From positions 1,408,001-1,472,000 of the forward strand of contig OZ242214.1 of the NCBI GenBank assembly GCA_965206595.1: a stretch of 64,000 nucleotides of DNA, read 5' to 3'. The position numbers were made by a program, and so were the translations under genes. The notes under the pieces were generated by a model, which had not been told where the DNA came from, searched no databases, and saw only the letters and a list, made by a program, of their open reading frames with translations. Position 1 is the first letter of the stretch. Each line of letters begins with the position of its first letter. Shown piece after piece: positions 51,311 to 64,000 of the stretch. This DNA is from Candidatus Latescibacterota bacterium. Its GTDB lineage: Bacteria > Latescibacterota > UBA2968 > UBA8231.

Positions 51311-53260
51311 CTATTTCTTTTCGGAATCGTCGTCGACAACCTCGTAGTCGGCATCGACGGCCCCGGATGCCCGGGCTTCACCTCCAGCACCGGGGCCCCC
51401 TGCTTCGCCTCCGGCCGCCTGGTCGGAGGCGGGGGCCGCATCGCCCGCCTGCTGCTGGGCTTCTTGGTAAACGATCTCGGCCAGCTTGTGAGAAGCGGCG
51501 TTCAGCTTCTGGACCGCGGCGTCGATCGCCTCGGTATCCCCCTCCTCTTCCAGCATCTTCTTGAGGTCGGCGATCGCATCCTCCACCGGCTTGCGGTCTT
51601 CAGCCGACAGCTTGTCGCCATGCTCGCCGAGCGACTTTTCGCTGGCGTACACCAGTTGATCCGCTTCGTTCCGTTTGTCGACCTGCTCGCGTCGCTTCTG
51701 GTCCTCTTCGGCATGCGCCTCTGCATCCTTCTGCATGCTTTCGATGTCTTCCTGCGACAGGCCGCTCGAAGCTTCGATGCGAATCGACTGTTCCCTGTTG
51801 GTGCCCTTGTCCTGGGCCGAGACGTTGAGGATGCCGTTGGCGTCGATATCGAAAGTCACTTCGACCTGGGGCAGGCCCCGCGGCGCCGCGGGGATCCCGT
51901 CGAGGTGAAAGCGCCCCAGCGTGCGGTTGTCCCTGGCGAATTCCCTCTCCCCCTGCAGGACGTGAACCTCGACGGAGGGCTGGTTGTCTGCCGCTGTCGA
52001 GAACACCTGGCTCTTTTTCGTCGGTATGGTCGTGTTGCGCTCGATAAGGCGGGTCATAACGCCGCCCAGCGTTTCGATGCCGACCGACAGGGGCGTGACG
52101 TCGAGGAGCAGCACGTCATCGACGTCTCCGGACAGGATACCGGCCTGAATGCCCGCCCCGGTCGCCACCACTTCGTCCGGGTTGACGCCTTTGTGCGGCT
52201 CCTTTCCGAACAGCTCCTGCACCAGCTTCTGTACCTTGGGCATGCGCGTCGAGCCCCCGACCAGTATCACCTCGTCGACCTCGGAGGCGTTGATTTCGGC
52301 GTCGCGCAGGGCCTGCTCGCAAGGGACGCGCGTCCTTTGCACGAGGTCCTCGACCAGCTGCTCGAACTTCGCCCGCGAGAGGGTGGCCTGGACATGCTTG
52401 GGCCCGGTCTGGTCGGCGGTTATGAAGGGGAGGTTGATTTCGGTCGCGCCTGCGGAGGACAGCTCGCATTTCGCTTTTTCCGCCGCCTCCTTGAGGCGCT
52501 GAAGCGCCATTGCATCCTTGCGCAGGTCGATTCCCTCGGTCCGCTCGAACTCCTCGGCGATCCAGTCGATGACGCGCTGATCGAAGTCGTCGCCGCCCAG
52601 GTGAGTGTCGCCGTTGGTCGATTTGACCTCGAATACCCCATCCCCCAGCTCGAGAATAGAGATGTCGAAGGTGCCGCCACCGAGGTCGTACACGGCGATC
52701 ATTTCGTTGCGCCCCTCCTTGTCGAGTCCGTAGGCGAGCGCCGCGGCGGTGGGCTCGTTGACGATTCTCAACACCTCCAACCCCGCGATGGCGCCGCTGT
52801 CCTTGGTCGCCTGCCGTTGGGCGTCGTTGAAGTAGGCCGGCACGGTGATGACCGCCTGCCTGACTTCCTCTCCCAGGTAGTCCTCGGCGGTCTGCTTCAT
52901 CTTCTGCAGCACCATCGCCGATATCTCCGGGGGAGTGAACTCGCTGCCGCCGGCTTTGACCACCGCCAAGTCGCGGTTTCCCTTCGCTACCTCGTACGGA
53001 ACCTCGGCGATTTCCTGGGAGACCTCCTCGAAGCGGCGGCCCATGAAGCGCTTGATGGAGAAGACCGTATTCTGCGGATTGGTCACCGCCTGCCGTTTCG
53101 CGGTCTGGCCGACAAGGCGCTCCCCGTCTTTCGCAAACCCGACCATCGAGGGAGTGGTGCGCCCCCCCTCGGCGTTCGAAATCACCGCAGGATCCTTGCC
53201 CTCCATGACGGCCACGCACGAATTTGTCGTACCCAAGTCTATGCCAATAACCTTGGCCAT
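51311..53260 (-). CDS. dnaK: Molecular chaperone DnaK
   Basis: [36 protein letters not shown]. Confidence 0.99.
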   Translation of the reverse strand: MAKVIGIDLGTTNSCVAVMEGKDPAVISNAEGGRTTPSMVGFAKDGERLVGQTAKRQAVTNPQNTVFSIKRFMGRRFEEVSQEIAEVPYEVAKGNRDLAVVKAGGSEFTPPEISAMVLQKMKQTAEDYLGEEVRQAVITVPAYFNDAQRQATKDSGAIAGLEVLRIVNEPTAAALAYGLDKEGRNEMIAVYDLGGGTFDISILELGDGVFEVKSTNGDTHLGGDDFDQRVIDWIAEEFERTEGIDLRKDAMALQRLKEAAEKAKCELSSAGATEINLPFITADQTGPKHVQATLSRAKFEQLVEDLVQRTRVPCEQALRDAEINASEVDEVILVGGSTRMPKVQKLVQELFGKEPHKGVNPDEVVATGAGIQAGILSGDVDDVLLLDVTPLSVGIETLGGVMTRLIERNTTIPTKKSQVFSTAADNQPSVEVHVLQGEREFARDNRTLGRFHLDGIPAAPRGLPQVEVTFDIDANGILNVSAQDKGTNREQSIRIEASSGLSQEDIESMQKDAEAHAEEDQKRREQVDKRNEADQLVYASEKSLGEHGDKLSAEDRKPVEDAIADLKKMLEEEGDTEAIDAAVQKLNAASHKLAEIVYQEAQQQAGDAAPASDQAAGGEAGGPGAGGEARASGAVDADYEVVDDDSEKK

Positions 53261-53324
53261 CGCCTTTTCCCTTCTCTTTCTGATTGAGAACTGCGTGCTG
53301 GTGGATAGTTGAGGTTCCTAAGCC

Positions 53325-53339
53325 GCAATTTCTGTGCCA
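53325..53339 (-). promoter_or_regulatory. Sigma54 -24/-12 promoter of dnaK
   Basis: Minus strand TGGCAC-AGAAA-TTGC, exact consensus spacing, about 65 bp upstream of the ATG. Confidence 0.75.
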
Positions 53340-53480
53340 GCTAGTCAGTCATTCGATATCCGTTTGTTTATTATAAGGTTAATTCGTTTCACGGGCGAAT
53401 AGGGGAAAATCGAAAAAACTGGCATTATGACTGCTATATATGCAAAAATGGCACATGGGCCCGATCATACGCGCCTGAAA

Positions 53481-53510
53481 TTGACACCCGTCGCATGGCC
53501 CGGGTAGATT
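53481..53510 (+). promoter_or_regulatory. Sigma70-type promoter upstream of uvrB
   Basis: TTGACA-N18-TAGATT. Confidence 0.55.
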
Positions 53511-53702
53511 AGGTCCTACCCGTTTCCTCCTGGACATACTAGAAGAATCGCGGGTCCGCCCCCCCAACCAGTAAGGAGGTCGAGCCCCGGGAAGGACAGG
53601 TCGGGGAGCGCAATGGCCGCGGTTCCGGGGCCCCTGCACCGATTATGCCCTGCTGATGGGACGACACCTGCTTCCCCCGCATGCAAGGAGAGCAACCACA
53701 GC

Positions 53703-55703
53703 GTGTCTGGATTCGACCTGGTTTCCGAGTACCGGCCTGCCGGCGATCAACCTAGGGCCATTGAAGAACTGGTAACCGGGATCGGCAGCGGACAGCAGTT
53801 CCAGACCCTCCTCGGAGTCACCGGCAGCGGCAAGACCTTTACGATGGCCAATGCCATCCAGCAACTCGGTCGGCCGACTCTCGTCATCTCCCACAACAAG
53901 ACTCTTGCGGCGCAGCTGTACGGCGAGTTTCAGGGGTATTTCCCCGACAGCGCGGTAGAGTACTTCGTCAGCTACTACGACTACTACCAGCCGGAAGCCT
54001 ACCGCCCGGCGACCGACACCTACATCGAGAAGGAGGTCGACCTCAACGAGGAGATCGACCGCTTGCGGTTGCGGGCGATGACCTCCCTGCTCGAACGGCG
54101 CGACGTCGTTATCGTTGCGACCGTTTCCTGCATCTTCGGCCTGGGATCCCCGGTCGAGTTCAGCGAACAGAAGCTGACCCTGCGGGTGGGGGACCGGGTC
54201 GATCGGGACGAGATCCTCCGGCGTCTGATCGACATCTACTACAGCCGCAACGATCTCGAGCTCAAGCGCGGGCACTTCCGCGTGCGCGGGGATATCATCG
54301 AGGTCATCCCCGCCGTTGAGGAGAGGGCTGTCCGCATCGAGCTGTTCGGCGACGAGGTGGAGGCGATTGCGGTGGTCGACGCGATTACCGGCACGACGCG
54401 GGAAAAGAGGGAAGAGGCGACCTTCTATCCCGCCAAGGCGTACGTCACCGACGAGGACAAGACCGAGCGGGCATGCGAGGGAATCCTGCACGAGCTCGAG
54501 GGCCGCCTCCTCGACCTGCGAACGGAGGACAAGCTCCTCGAAGCACACAGGCTGGAGACGCGCACCAAATACGACGTCGAGATGATCCGCGAGATCGGCA
54601 CCTGCCCTGGGATCGAGAACTACAGCCGCTACATGGACGGACGAGAGCCCGGACAGGCGCCGTACGTGTTGATTGACTATTTCCCCGAGGACTACCTGCT
54701 GCTGATCGACGAATCGCACATGACGATCCCGCAGATTCGCGGTATGTGGCGGGGAGACCGGTCGCGCAAGGACATGCTGGTCGAGCACGGTTTTCGCCTG
54801 CCGTCAGCGTACGACAACCGGCCACTCTACTTCGAGGAGTTTGAAGAACGGGCCGGCGACACCGTCTTCGTTTCGGCAACACCGGGGCCGTACGAGCTCG
54901 AACGGTCTGGCGGGGTGATCGTCGAGCAGGTGATCCGGCCCACCGGGCTCGTCGATCCTGAAATCGAGGTGCGTTCACTGGGCAACCAGGTCGACGACCT
55001 AATGGAGGAGATTCGCCGGCGCGCGGAACGGGGGGAGAGAGTGCTGGTTACGACTTTGACGAAAAGAATGGCCGAGCGCCTGACGGAGTACCTCGATCAG
55101 AACGGCTTCCGGGTGCGCTACCTGCACTCCGAGGTCGACACCTTGGATCGCGTCAGCATCCTGCGTGACCTGCGTCTGGGGGAGTTCGACGTGCTTGTGG
55201 GAATAAACCTGCTCCGCGAGGGTCTCGATCTACCCGAGGTTTCTCTCGTTGCCATTCTCGACGCCGACAAGGAGGGATTCCTGCGCTCGGAGCAGTCGCT
55301 GATCCAGACCGTGGGGCGGGCAGCGCGAAACGCCGCCGGACTTGTGATCTTCTACGCCGACAAGATGACCGGTTCCATGCAGCGCACGATCGCCGAAACC
55401 GATCGCCGCCGCCGTTTGCAACAGGAGCACAACGAGGAACACGGCATAGTGCCGCAAACGATCCTGCGCTCCGCGGAGGACATCATGCAGACGACCTCCG
55501 TCCTCGAGCACGCCCGCCAAGACAAGACAGAGGCGGTGCGTGAATCCGCAGCCAACTACGGTGCCGCCAAGGAGGGAGACACTGCCGAGCTCCTGGCCGA
55601 ACTGGAAAAGCGGATGGACCAGGCGGCGGCCGCCCTCGAATTCGAAAAAGCCGCCCAGCTTCGGGACGAGATCAGTCGCCTGCGCGAAAAAGCGGCCGGC
55701 TGA
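53703..55703 (+). CDS. uvrB: Excinuclease ABC subunit B
   Basis: [48 protein letters not shown]-terminus; AAGGAG RBS before GTG. Confidence 0.99.
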   Translation: MSGFDLVSEYRPAGDQPRAIEELVTGIGSGQQFQTLLGVTGSGKTFTMANAIQQLGRPTLVISHNKTLAAQLYGEFQGYFPDSAVEYFVSYYDYYQPEAYRPATDTYIEKEVDLNEEIDRLRLRAMTSLLERRDVVIVATVSCIFGLGSPVEFSEQKLTLRVGDRVDRDEILRRLIDIYYSRNDLELKRGHFRVRGDIIEVIPAVEERAVRIELFGDEVEAIAVVDAITGTTREKREEATFYPAKAYVTDEDKTERACEGILHELEGRLLDLRTEDKLLEAHRLETRTKYDVEMIREIGTCPGIENYSRYMDGREPGQAPYVLIDYFPEDYLLLIDESHMTIPQIRGMWRGDRSRKDMLVEHGFRLPSAYDNRPLYFEEFEERAGDTVFVSATPGPYELERSGGVIVEQVIRPTGLVDPEIEVRSLGNQVDDLMEEIRRRAERGERVLVTTLTKRMAERLTEYLDQNGFRVRYLHSEVDTLDRVSILRDLRLGEFDVLVGINLLREGLDLPEVSLVAILDADKEGFLRSEQSLIQTVGRAARNAAGLVIFYADKMTGSMQRTIAETDRRRRLQQEHNEEHGIVPQTILRSAEDIMQTTSVLEHARQDKTEAVRESAANYGAAKEGDTAELLAELEKRMDQAAAALEFEKAAQLRDEISRLREKAAG

Positions 55704-55775
55704 GAGCTCCGCGTCGGGTATCGGGCCCGTCCTTGTCTGGTGCATTTCCGGGTATTTCTACGGGAATTCCCGTGA

Positions 55776-55804
55776 TTGACCATGCCAGTCCGGGGAAGTA
55801 CATT
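55776..55804 (+). promoter_or_regulatory. Sigma70-type promoter
   Basis: TTGACC-N17-TACATT upstream of the ABC ATPase. Confidence 0.5.
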
Positions 55805-55878
55805 GGGCCTTTCGTCAGCCGCTGCCACTGCGGTCTACGCCTCGTAATCCCCGGACATACAACCAGAAAAACAGTCTC

Positions 55879-56631
55879 ATGGCGAGTAGCACTGGACCGG
55901 TAATCGTCGACGTTCAAGATGTTACGATGGTGTACAACGCCAGGAATCGGGACGAATCCACTCATGTCCACGCGCTGAGGGGGCTCACCCTGCAGGTGTT
56001 GGAAAACGAGTTTTTCGCCATAATGGGGCCGTCGGGATCCGGCAAGAGCACCTTGTTCAATCAGATCGGGGCCCTGCAGACCCCGACCTCGGGGCAGGTG
56101 CTTATTGAAGGCATCAATCTCGCATCCCTGTCGCCGCAGCAGCTAGCCGCCGTCCGTTGTTTCGAGCTGGGGTACATCTTTCAGACCTACAACCTGCTGC
56201 CGGTCATGAGCGCCCTGATGAACGTGTCGCTGCCGACGATATTTGCCGGCATGTCCACGGCGGAAGGAGAAGAGCGGGCGATGGAGTGCCTGCGCATCGT
56301 CGGGCTGGATGACAGGGCCCATCACCTTCCTTCGGAGTTGAGCGGCGGACAGATGCAACGGGTCGCCATCGCCCGGGCTTTCGTCAACAAGCCCCGCATA
56401 ATCCTGGCCGATGAACCGACGGGCAATCTCGACAGCAATACCGGTCAGGAAATCATCGATCATATGAAGAACCTGCAGGAGGAATCCGGCACTACCATCA
56501 TCACTGTGACCCACGATGACAAGATGCTCTCCGCCGCGGACAGGATGGCTTGGATCCGGGACGGCAAACTCGAGCGGATCGCCAACCGCGAGGATATCGA
56601 AATCCGTATGGGAAGCATCAGGGAGCACTAG
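55879..56631 (+). CDS. LolD/MacB-type ABC transporter ATP-binding protein (no adjacent permease)
   Basis: [31 protein letters not shown]. Confidence 0.94.
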   Translation: MASSTGPVIVDVQDVTMVYNARNRDESTHVHALRGLTLQVLENEFFAIMGPSGSGKSTLFNQIGALQTPTSGQVLIEGINLASLSPQQLAAVRCFELGYIFQTYNLLPVMSALMNVSLPTIFAGMSTAEGEERAMECLRIVGLDDRAHHLPSELSGGQMQRVAIARAFVNKPRIILADEPTGNLDSNTGQEIIDHMKNLQEESGTTIITVTHDDKMLSAADRMAWIRDGKLERIANREDIEIRMGSIREH

Positions 56632-56666
56632 CAGCACAGGGTTCCCTTGGGATATCCCGGTCGGGC

Positions 56667-57626
56667 TCAGCGAAGCTGGGCCCTTCTTTTTTCCAGGCCC
56701 TCCCTGAGAAACAACTCACGGTTCCCAAAAGCTCCAGCCAAGGTCAGGCCGCCGTCTACGGCGATCAGTTGACCGGTCATGAACGGCAGGCGAACAAAAG
56801 CGAAGGCCGCCTCCGCTATTTCCCCGGCTGTGCCAATGCGGGGGATCGCCTGGGCTCCCCCTTCTGCCATCAGGCCGTAAGTATCGGCCACCGTGAATTC
56901 CTCGCCCGAGTCCGGGTCCGACAGTCCCGAGGGGCGGCGCGTCAACGGAGTGTCGATAACTCCCGGACGCAGCGCGTTGGCCGTGATATTGTAGCGTCCG
57001 CCTTCGAGAGCAGCGCCGATGACGGCGTGATTCAGTCCCGCCTTGCTTACTCCATATGGAATGCGAGTCGACTCCGGAGCCACGTCGGAGATCGATGTAA
57101 TGAAGAGAATGCTGCGGTGTGCGGGCTGATCCCCCCGGGCCTGTTCCGCCTCTGATTGAGCGATCATATGCTGCAATGCGCGCTGCGCCAGGCGGTAGGC
57201 CCCTTTCAAATTGAGGTCGAGGACGCGCTCCATCTCGCCGTCGAGATGCTCCGGCGGGCACTCGTGGAAGCGGAATCGCTGCAGTTGGCCGCTGTCATCC
57301 TTGAGGTAGTTGACGATGCCGCTGTTGCTGATGGCGACGTCGAGTCTCCCGAACTGTTCGAAGGCCTCATCGACGAGTCGGAACGGCTCGTCCCGTTGCG
57401 CCAAATCCGCGCCGATGCAGAGGGCCTCGACCCCGTCCCGGGAACGGATCGAGTCGGCGATCTCCTCAGCTCTCTCGCGTCCGGAATGGTAGTTGATGAC
57501 TACGTCGTAGCCGTTGCTGGCAAAACAGCGGACCATGGCCTCCCCGATCCCGCTGCTGGATCCAGACACGAGGCATACTGGTCGGCTGGCCACCGTATGG
57601 GTTTGTTCCGGCTGGAGGCGCGACAA
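56667..57626 (-). CDS. Short-chain dehydrogenase/reductase
   Basis: SGSSSGIG, SNSG, YGVSK, VDGG; start codon uncertain. Confidence 0.88.
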   Translation of the reverse strand: MSRLQPEQTHTVASRPVCLVSGSSSGIGEAMVRCFASNGYDVVINYHSGRERAEEIADSIRSRDGVEALCIGADLAQRDEPFRLVDEAFEQFGRLDVAISNSGIVNYLKDDSGQLQRFRFHECPPEHLDGEMERVLDLNLKGAYRLAQRALQHMIAQSEAEQARGDQPAHRSILFITSISDVAPESTRIPYGVSKAGLNHAVIGAALEGGRYNITANALRPGVIDTPLTRRPSGLSDPDSGEEFTVADTYGLMAEGGAQAIPRIGTAGEIAEAAFAFVRLPFMTGQLIAVDGGLTLAGAFGNRELFLREGLEKRRAQLR

Positions 57627-57639
57627 ATGCGCTCGCCGG

Positions 57640-58638
57640 TCAAGCGAGCACAGGTTTCCCCCTCATCGAGCGGACGGCTTCGATGACTTGGTCGACACTG
57701 GGAATGGTGGGCATTTCGAGGGATGGACTGAAGGGCACGGGAACATCCGCAGCAGCGATTCGCATCACCGGCGCGTCGAGGTAATCGAAGGCCGCCTCGC
57801 TGATCCGGGAGGCTATCTCCCCGGTGACTCCGTAGCGGGCGGCGCCCTCGTCGATGACGACGGCGTACCCCGTTTTGCGCACCGACGCGACCAGCGTTTC
57901 GGTATCCAGAGGAAACAGGGTGCGGGGGTCAACGACTTCGGCACTGATTCTTTCTGCTTCCAGGGCGGAGGCCGCTTCGAGTGCAACTCCAACCATGCTC
58001 GACGTTCCGATCAGGGTGACATCGCTGCCTTGGCGGCGAATCGCCGCCTCCCCGAACGGTATGGTGTACTCCTGGCGAGGTACCGGGCCAACATCGTTGT
58101 ACATCATCTTGTCTTCAAAAACGAGCACCGGGTTGTCGTCGCGAATGGCGGTCTTGAGGAGCCCCTTCACGTCTTCGGGACAGGAGGGAACAGCGACCTT
58201 GAGCCCGGGGATGTGGGCAAACAAGGCGTGCAGACTCTGCGAGTGCTGGGCGGCGGAAGAACGCCCTGCACCCATGGAAAGACGTACTGTCAGGCAGACC
58301 TTGCACTGGCCTCCGGTCATGTAGCGGACTTTGGCCGCCTGGTTTACCAACTGGTCCATCGTCAACAGGGAAAAGTCGCCGAACATCAATTCTGCAATTG
58401 GACGCATTCCCGTCATCGCGGCACCGACGCTTACACCGATATAGCCGGCCTCCGCGATGGGAGCATCAATAACCCGTTCCCCGCCGAACTCCTCGAACAG
58501 TCCCTCGCTGCACTTGAAGATGCCGCCCGATTTGCCGACATCCTCGCCCATAAGGAAGACTGTCTCATCGCGACGCATTTCCTCGGCCATAGCCTCGATG
58601 ATGGCCTCTCTGAAACTGATTTGGGCGATCTCAGGCAT
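57640..58638 (-). CDS. ThDP-dependent dehydrogenase E1 beta subunit (AcoB/PdhB-like)
   Basis: MGEDVG, DAPIAE, NQAAK, AQHSQS, AFDYLDAP. Confidence 0.95.
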   Translation of the reverse strand: MPEIAQISFREAIIEAMAEEMRRDETVFLMGEDVGKSGGIFKCSEGLFEEFGGERVIDAPIAEAGYIGVSVGAAMTGMRPIAELMFGDFSLLTMDQLVNQAAKVRYMTGGQCKVCLTVRLSMGAGRSSAAQHSQSLHALFAHIPGLKVAVPSCPEDVKGLLKTAIRDDNPVLVFEDKMMYNDVGPVPRQEYTIPFGEAAIRRQGSDVTLIGTSSMVGVALEAASALEAERISAEVVDPRTLFPLDTETLVASVRKTGYAVVIDEGAARYGVTGEIASRISEAAFDYLDAPVMRIAAADVPVPFSPSLEMPTIPSVDQVIEAVRSMRGKPVLA

Positions 58639-59725
58639 AGATATCCTCAAAGGCCTGTTCGGGCGGCGGGAGCTCGGCTTTGCGTCCGAACTCAACCGCT
58701 TCGACGACTTCGGCTTCGACCTGATCTTCGAGCGCCTTGAGTTCCGACTTGCTCGCCATCTTCCAAGCGATCATCTGCCCCCCAAGGCGGTTGATCGGAT
58801 CTTTGTTCTGCATCCACCAGTCGAGCTCCTCTTTGGTGCGGTACCCGGCGGCGTCGCCGACGTGATGCCCTCGATACCGGTAGGTGTCGGCTTCGATGAA
58901 GGTCGGGCCGTTGCCACTGCGCGCTTTCTCCACTGCCCTGGAGACGCCCCTGTACATTTCGACCACTCCTGAGCCGTCGAGCCGGACACCCTCCAAGCCC
59001 AGTCCGGCTGCCCGCTTTACTATCTGATCGACGCCGGTGACCTTGTCGAATGGGGTATGCTCCCCGTACTGGTTGTTTTCGCAGATGTAGACCACCGGCA
59101 ACCCCCAGATGACTGCCATGTTCACGGTCTCGAGAAGGATGCCTTGATTCGCGGCTCCGTCACCGAAGAAACAGATGGCAACCTGGTTTGAGCCGCGCAT
59201 CTTGGCAGACAGTGCCGCACCGGTGGCGATGCCGAAGCTCCCCCCGACAATGCCGTTTGCACCGAGGTTGCCTCTGGAGAAGTCGGCGATGTGCATCGAT
59301 CCCCCCTTGCCGCGGCAGTATCCGGCTTCCTTGCCCATGATCTCCGCCATCATCCGGTCGAGGGCAGCTCCCTTAGCGAGGCAATGGCCGTGTCCCCGGT
59401 GGGTGCTAGTGATGTAGTCCTCCTCGCGAAGAGCCGAACAGGCGCCGACTGCGATCCCCTCTTCCCCTATGTACAGATGCGCCAGTCCTGGCATCAGTCC
59501 GCGGGTGTACACGTCCCATACATGTTCTTCGAACTTGCGTATCTCCCACATCCTCCGGTACATACCCCACGCCAAATCGGAGTCTATCTTGGCTGTTTCC
59601 CGGCGGCGGACGGGGCCGGAGCCGATACGGGCAGGGGGGATCTTCCCAGAGTTCCCGGCTTTTTTCACCGGGGACTTGGCCGTCTTCCTTTTGCCGGTGG
59701 TTTTCGATTTCTGCTTTTGCGCCAT
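58631..59725 (-). CDS. ThDP-dependent dehydrogenase E1 alpha subunit (AcoA/PdhA-like)
   Basis: HLYIGEE, THRGHGH, GKGGSMH, GDGAANQG...ENN, YRYRGH; Lys-rich N-terminal extension. Confidence 0.95.
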   Translation of the reverse strand: MAQKQKSKTTGKRKTAKSPVKKAGNSGKIPPARIGSGPVRRRETAKIDSDLAWGMYRRMWEIRKFEEHVWDVYTRGLMPGLAHLYIGEEGIAVGACSALREEDYITSTHRGHGHCLAKGAALDRMMAEIMGKEAGYCRGKGGSMHIADFSRGNLGANGIVGGSFGIATGAALSAKMRGSNQVAICFFGDGAANQGILLETVNMAVIWGLPVVYICENNQYGEHTPFDKVTGVDQIVKRAAGLGLEGVRLDGSGVVEMYRGVSRAVEKARSGNGPTFIEADTYRYRGHHVGDAAGYRTKEELDWWMQNKDPINRLGGQMIAWKMASKSELKALEDQVEAEVVEAVEFGRKAELPPPEQAFEDIYA

Positions 59726-59942
59726 GGTCGTCTCAGCTGCCGCCCCCGCGGCGTGAAGTTATTCGAGTCCTGTGACAAATCCAGAAAGATAGACGCCGAT
59801 TGCCGAAAGCGTCAACACCGCCCGGATCCTCTGAAAACGCCGGAAGAGGCCTCCCGCACCCCCGGAAATGCCGGTTGCGGCAGGCACGAAAAAAGGCAGT
59901 GGCGAGTCGCCACTGCCTGCAATCGAACGAATTGGTCGACGG

Positions 59943-60194
59943 CTACTTGTTCTTGAAGTAGTTGGCGTTGATCTCGATATAGTTGTGCCACTCTTCGGGG
60001 AGATCTTCCTCGGCGAAGATCGCTTCTACCGGGCACTCCGGCTCGCAGGCCCCGCAGTCGATGCACTCGTCCGGGTCGATGTAGAGCATGTTGACACCCT
60101 CACCGTCCGTGGGATGGATGCAATCGACCGGACAAACCTCGACACAGCCCTTGTCCTTTACATCAATGCACGGCTCGGCGATGACGTACGTCAT
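59943..60194 (-). CDS. 7Fe-type ferredoxin
   Basis: MTYVIAEPC...[10 protein letters not shown]...[12 protein letters not shown]. Confidence 0.95.
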   Translation of the reverse strand: MTYVIAEPCIDVKDKGCVEVCPVDCIHPTDGEGVNMLYIDPDECIDCGACEPECPVEAIFAEEDLPEEWHNYIEINANYFKNK

Positions 60195-60259
60195 TTTTTC
60201 CCTTCCTGCTTCTTTTCAGAAATGGTTCCAGCGGCGAAATAAAAAAACCGGATAGTTCG

Positions 60260-60288
60260 TATATACAGACGGCCAAATGAACTGTCAA
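60260..60288 (-). promoter_or_regulatory. Sigma70-type promoter of the ferredoxin gene
   Basis: Minus strand TTGACA-N17-TATATA. Confidence 0.65.
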
Positions 60289-60428
60289 GAAAACGGAAGG
60301 GAGCACCACCAAGCAGCTTATCCACAGGGGTGAGGGAATGAAGAACGAATACCCGGGATTCGCCGGTCGAGGGTTGGCGTAGCAGCGGCGCCTGGGGAAG
60401 GAATGCTATGGCCGAAAGAGGGGAGGTA

Positions 60429-61007
60429 TCAAGCGCGGCAAACGTTTTTCAGCAGGGTCTCGACATCGAAATCGCCGGCGACCTTGATTCGCAGGATGAA
60501 GCGCTGCCTGGGGTCGGGGTCGCGATCGATGGCAACATCTGCGCCCGGATATACGCTACCGAGGACGGAGCGGAGATGCGGTTCCAGCACCGAAGCCGTC
60601 TCCTCGGTGTTGGGTGCGTTGAGCCGGTCGTTGACAGTCAACAAAAGCTCATCCCCGCGGAAGCGAACCTTCCCGGCGAGCCCCGATTCTCTTTCCAGCC
60701 TTCGGCATGCCTGGAGTGTAGTCATCAAGGCACGCCGAAGGCGTTCCCCGAGCCCTCCACCGATTTCTACCTTGCGGGCGCAGTACAGTCCAAGGCGGCG
60801 GTCGCTGCAGTCGAGTGCGTAGTTGTGCTCGTGCCCGACAAGCAGCGTTCGCGGTCCGTCGGGAACATGGCTGTAGTCGGCGACGTCGACGAGGGTTTCT
60901 TCACTCGTTTCCGGAATCCACGCGTTGAAGACGCGAAAGGCCTCTTCGGCGCTTATCGACGATTCTTCCTCGAGAAAGAACTTGACTTCGATCCGCTGCA
61001 GGTCCAT
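60429..61007 (-). CDS. Hypothetical protein, likely co-transcribed with the reductase
   Basis: 192-aa ORF 6 bp downstream of the reductase; VFNAWI, LVDVADYSHV..GP..LLVGHE blocks. Confidence 0.8.
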   Translation of the reverse strand: MDLQRIEVKFFLEEESSISAEEAFRVFNAWIPETSEETLVDVADYSHVPDGPRTLLVGHEHNYALDCSDRRLGLYCARKVEIGGGLGERLRRALMTTLQACRRLERESGLAGKVRFRGDELLLTVNDRLNAPNTEETASVLEPHLRSVLGSVYPGADVAIDRDPDPRQRFILRIKVAGDFDVETLLKNVCRA

Positions 61008-61013
61008 GTCTGC

Positions 61014-63269
<2,256 letters not shown>

Positions 63270-63481
63270 GGGAATGTCCCCCTGGTCCCGCAGTCGTGGT
63301 GAGGTCGCCTTGCAGGCGAAGCCGGCCAACCGGCTCCGAGAGCCGGTGCTGAGCCGAATGAAAAACGGCGCGGAATCTGAACTTCAAGCCCGTACGTTAA
63401 GGTGGTGGGGCGTAAAGTGTCAACCACCATGGAGAGCGATATCGAGCCCCGTTCTCCTCCGGTTGCGGGTTCGGATGGCGA

Positions 63482-63510
63482 TTGACACCCCGCCGGGGCC
63501 CCGGTATTAT
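63482..63510 (+). promoter_or_regulatory. Sigma70-type promoter
   Basis: TTGACA-N17-TATTAT; a divergent TTGACA-N18-TAACGT (63394-63423, minus strand) faces the reductase. Confidence 0.6.
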
Positions 63511-63588
63511 GAACGCCCGATTTTTCCACATCTTTCTGCGGCAGGCCATGCCTCCGGATGCCGAACGCCGCCACCGAGCATTTCCCGA

Positions 63589-64000
63589 ATGCCCCAGCCA
63601 CTGAGTTATCCCGAGCCACCCGAGACGCTACGCCGCGGCAGCCCTTGGGCCTGTCTTAAATTCTTCGGTCCGGGAGCTATCATCGCCTCGGTCACCATCG
63701 GCAGCGGGGAGACGGTTTTCGCCTCCCGCGGCGGGGCGGTGTTCGGATACGCCTTGCTGTGGTGTTTCGTCGGCGGCGGTATCATGAAGTTCGTCCAGGT
63801 CTACAGCGCCGCCCGCTACATCACGCTGACAGGGGAGCATCCGATCGAGCGCTGGAAGCACCTGCCAGGGCCACAAGGCTGGGCAGTGTGGATCCTGGCA
63901 ATCGGCACCCTCCTCTGCTTCCCGCTGTGGTTGTCGGGGCTGCCGAAAATGCTGGGTGGCCTCACGGTCTGGATCTTCGACCTCGGGGAACAGCAAATGT
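63589..64000 (+). CDS. Nramp-family (YcsG-like) transporter, truncated by the window end; absent from the ORF track
   Basis: Own translation: MPQPLSYPEPP...FFGPGAIIASVTIGSGETVFASRGGAVFGYALLW...RYITLTGE. Confidence 0.82.
   Translation, partial: MPQPLSYPEPPETLRRGSPWACLKFFGPGAIIASVTIGSGETVFASRGGAVFGYALLWCFVGGGIMKFVQVYSAARYITLTGEHPIERWKHLPGPQGWAVWILAIGTLLCFPLWLSGLPKMLGGLTVWIFDLGEQQM

Noticed and set aside
51464-53287. 607-aa ORF antisense to dnaK
   Set aside because: Well-known shadow ORF on the opposite strand of Hsp70 genes, produced by codon bias.
60318-60326. Perfect DnaA box TTATCCACA
   Set aside because: Single copy with no box cluster, unwinding element or dnaA/dnaN context, so not called as an origin.
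63270-63390. GC hairpins in the reductase leader (possible SAM riboswitch)
   Set aside because: No SAM-I or SAM-II consensus elements recognised.

Overview
GC-rich bacterial chromosomal window. Its gene content (seven Fe(II)/2-oxoglutarate dioxygenases, FlgD/T9SS-like C-terminal-domain proteins, an ankyrin protein, a C-terminal SW-x-x-VK motif protein) resembles FCB-group lineages such as Ca. Latescibacterota or Gemmatimonadota, possibly host-associated; that assignment is inference only. The left ~45 kb is accessory: catabolic enzymes, two same-orientation IS630 copies, a decayed IS91/ISCR-type element, an IS1182-type element with perfect 20-bp inverted ends, a metal-uptake TonB locus with a RAPP leader peptide, a tandem pair of Rieske/helical proteins and several gene relics. 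The right ~15 kb is more housekeeping: dnaK, uvrB, E1 alpha/beta, ferredoxin, sulfite/nitrite reductase and a truncated Nramp-like gene. Best leads: (1) tandem NrdR-box-like operators plus a long hairpin inside the non-coding end of the IS1182-type element; (2) a tandem paralogous pair of uncharacterised Rieske/helical proteins; (3) a DUF2946-like RAPP arrest-peptide leader without the usual CxxC; (4) a Cys-less SufT/DUF59 domain fused to a large beta-rich domain; (5) a GH42-like protein apparently lacking the acid/base Glu. Several frameshifts are single-base losses in homopolymer runs and may be sequencing errors. No rRNA, tRNA or CRISPR array was seen. All family calls come from motif recognition, not database searches.
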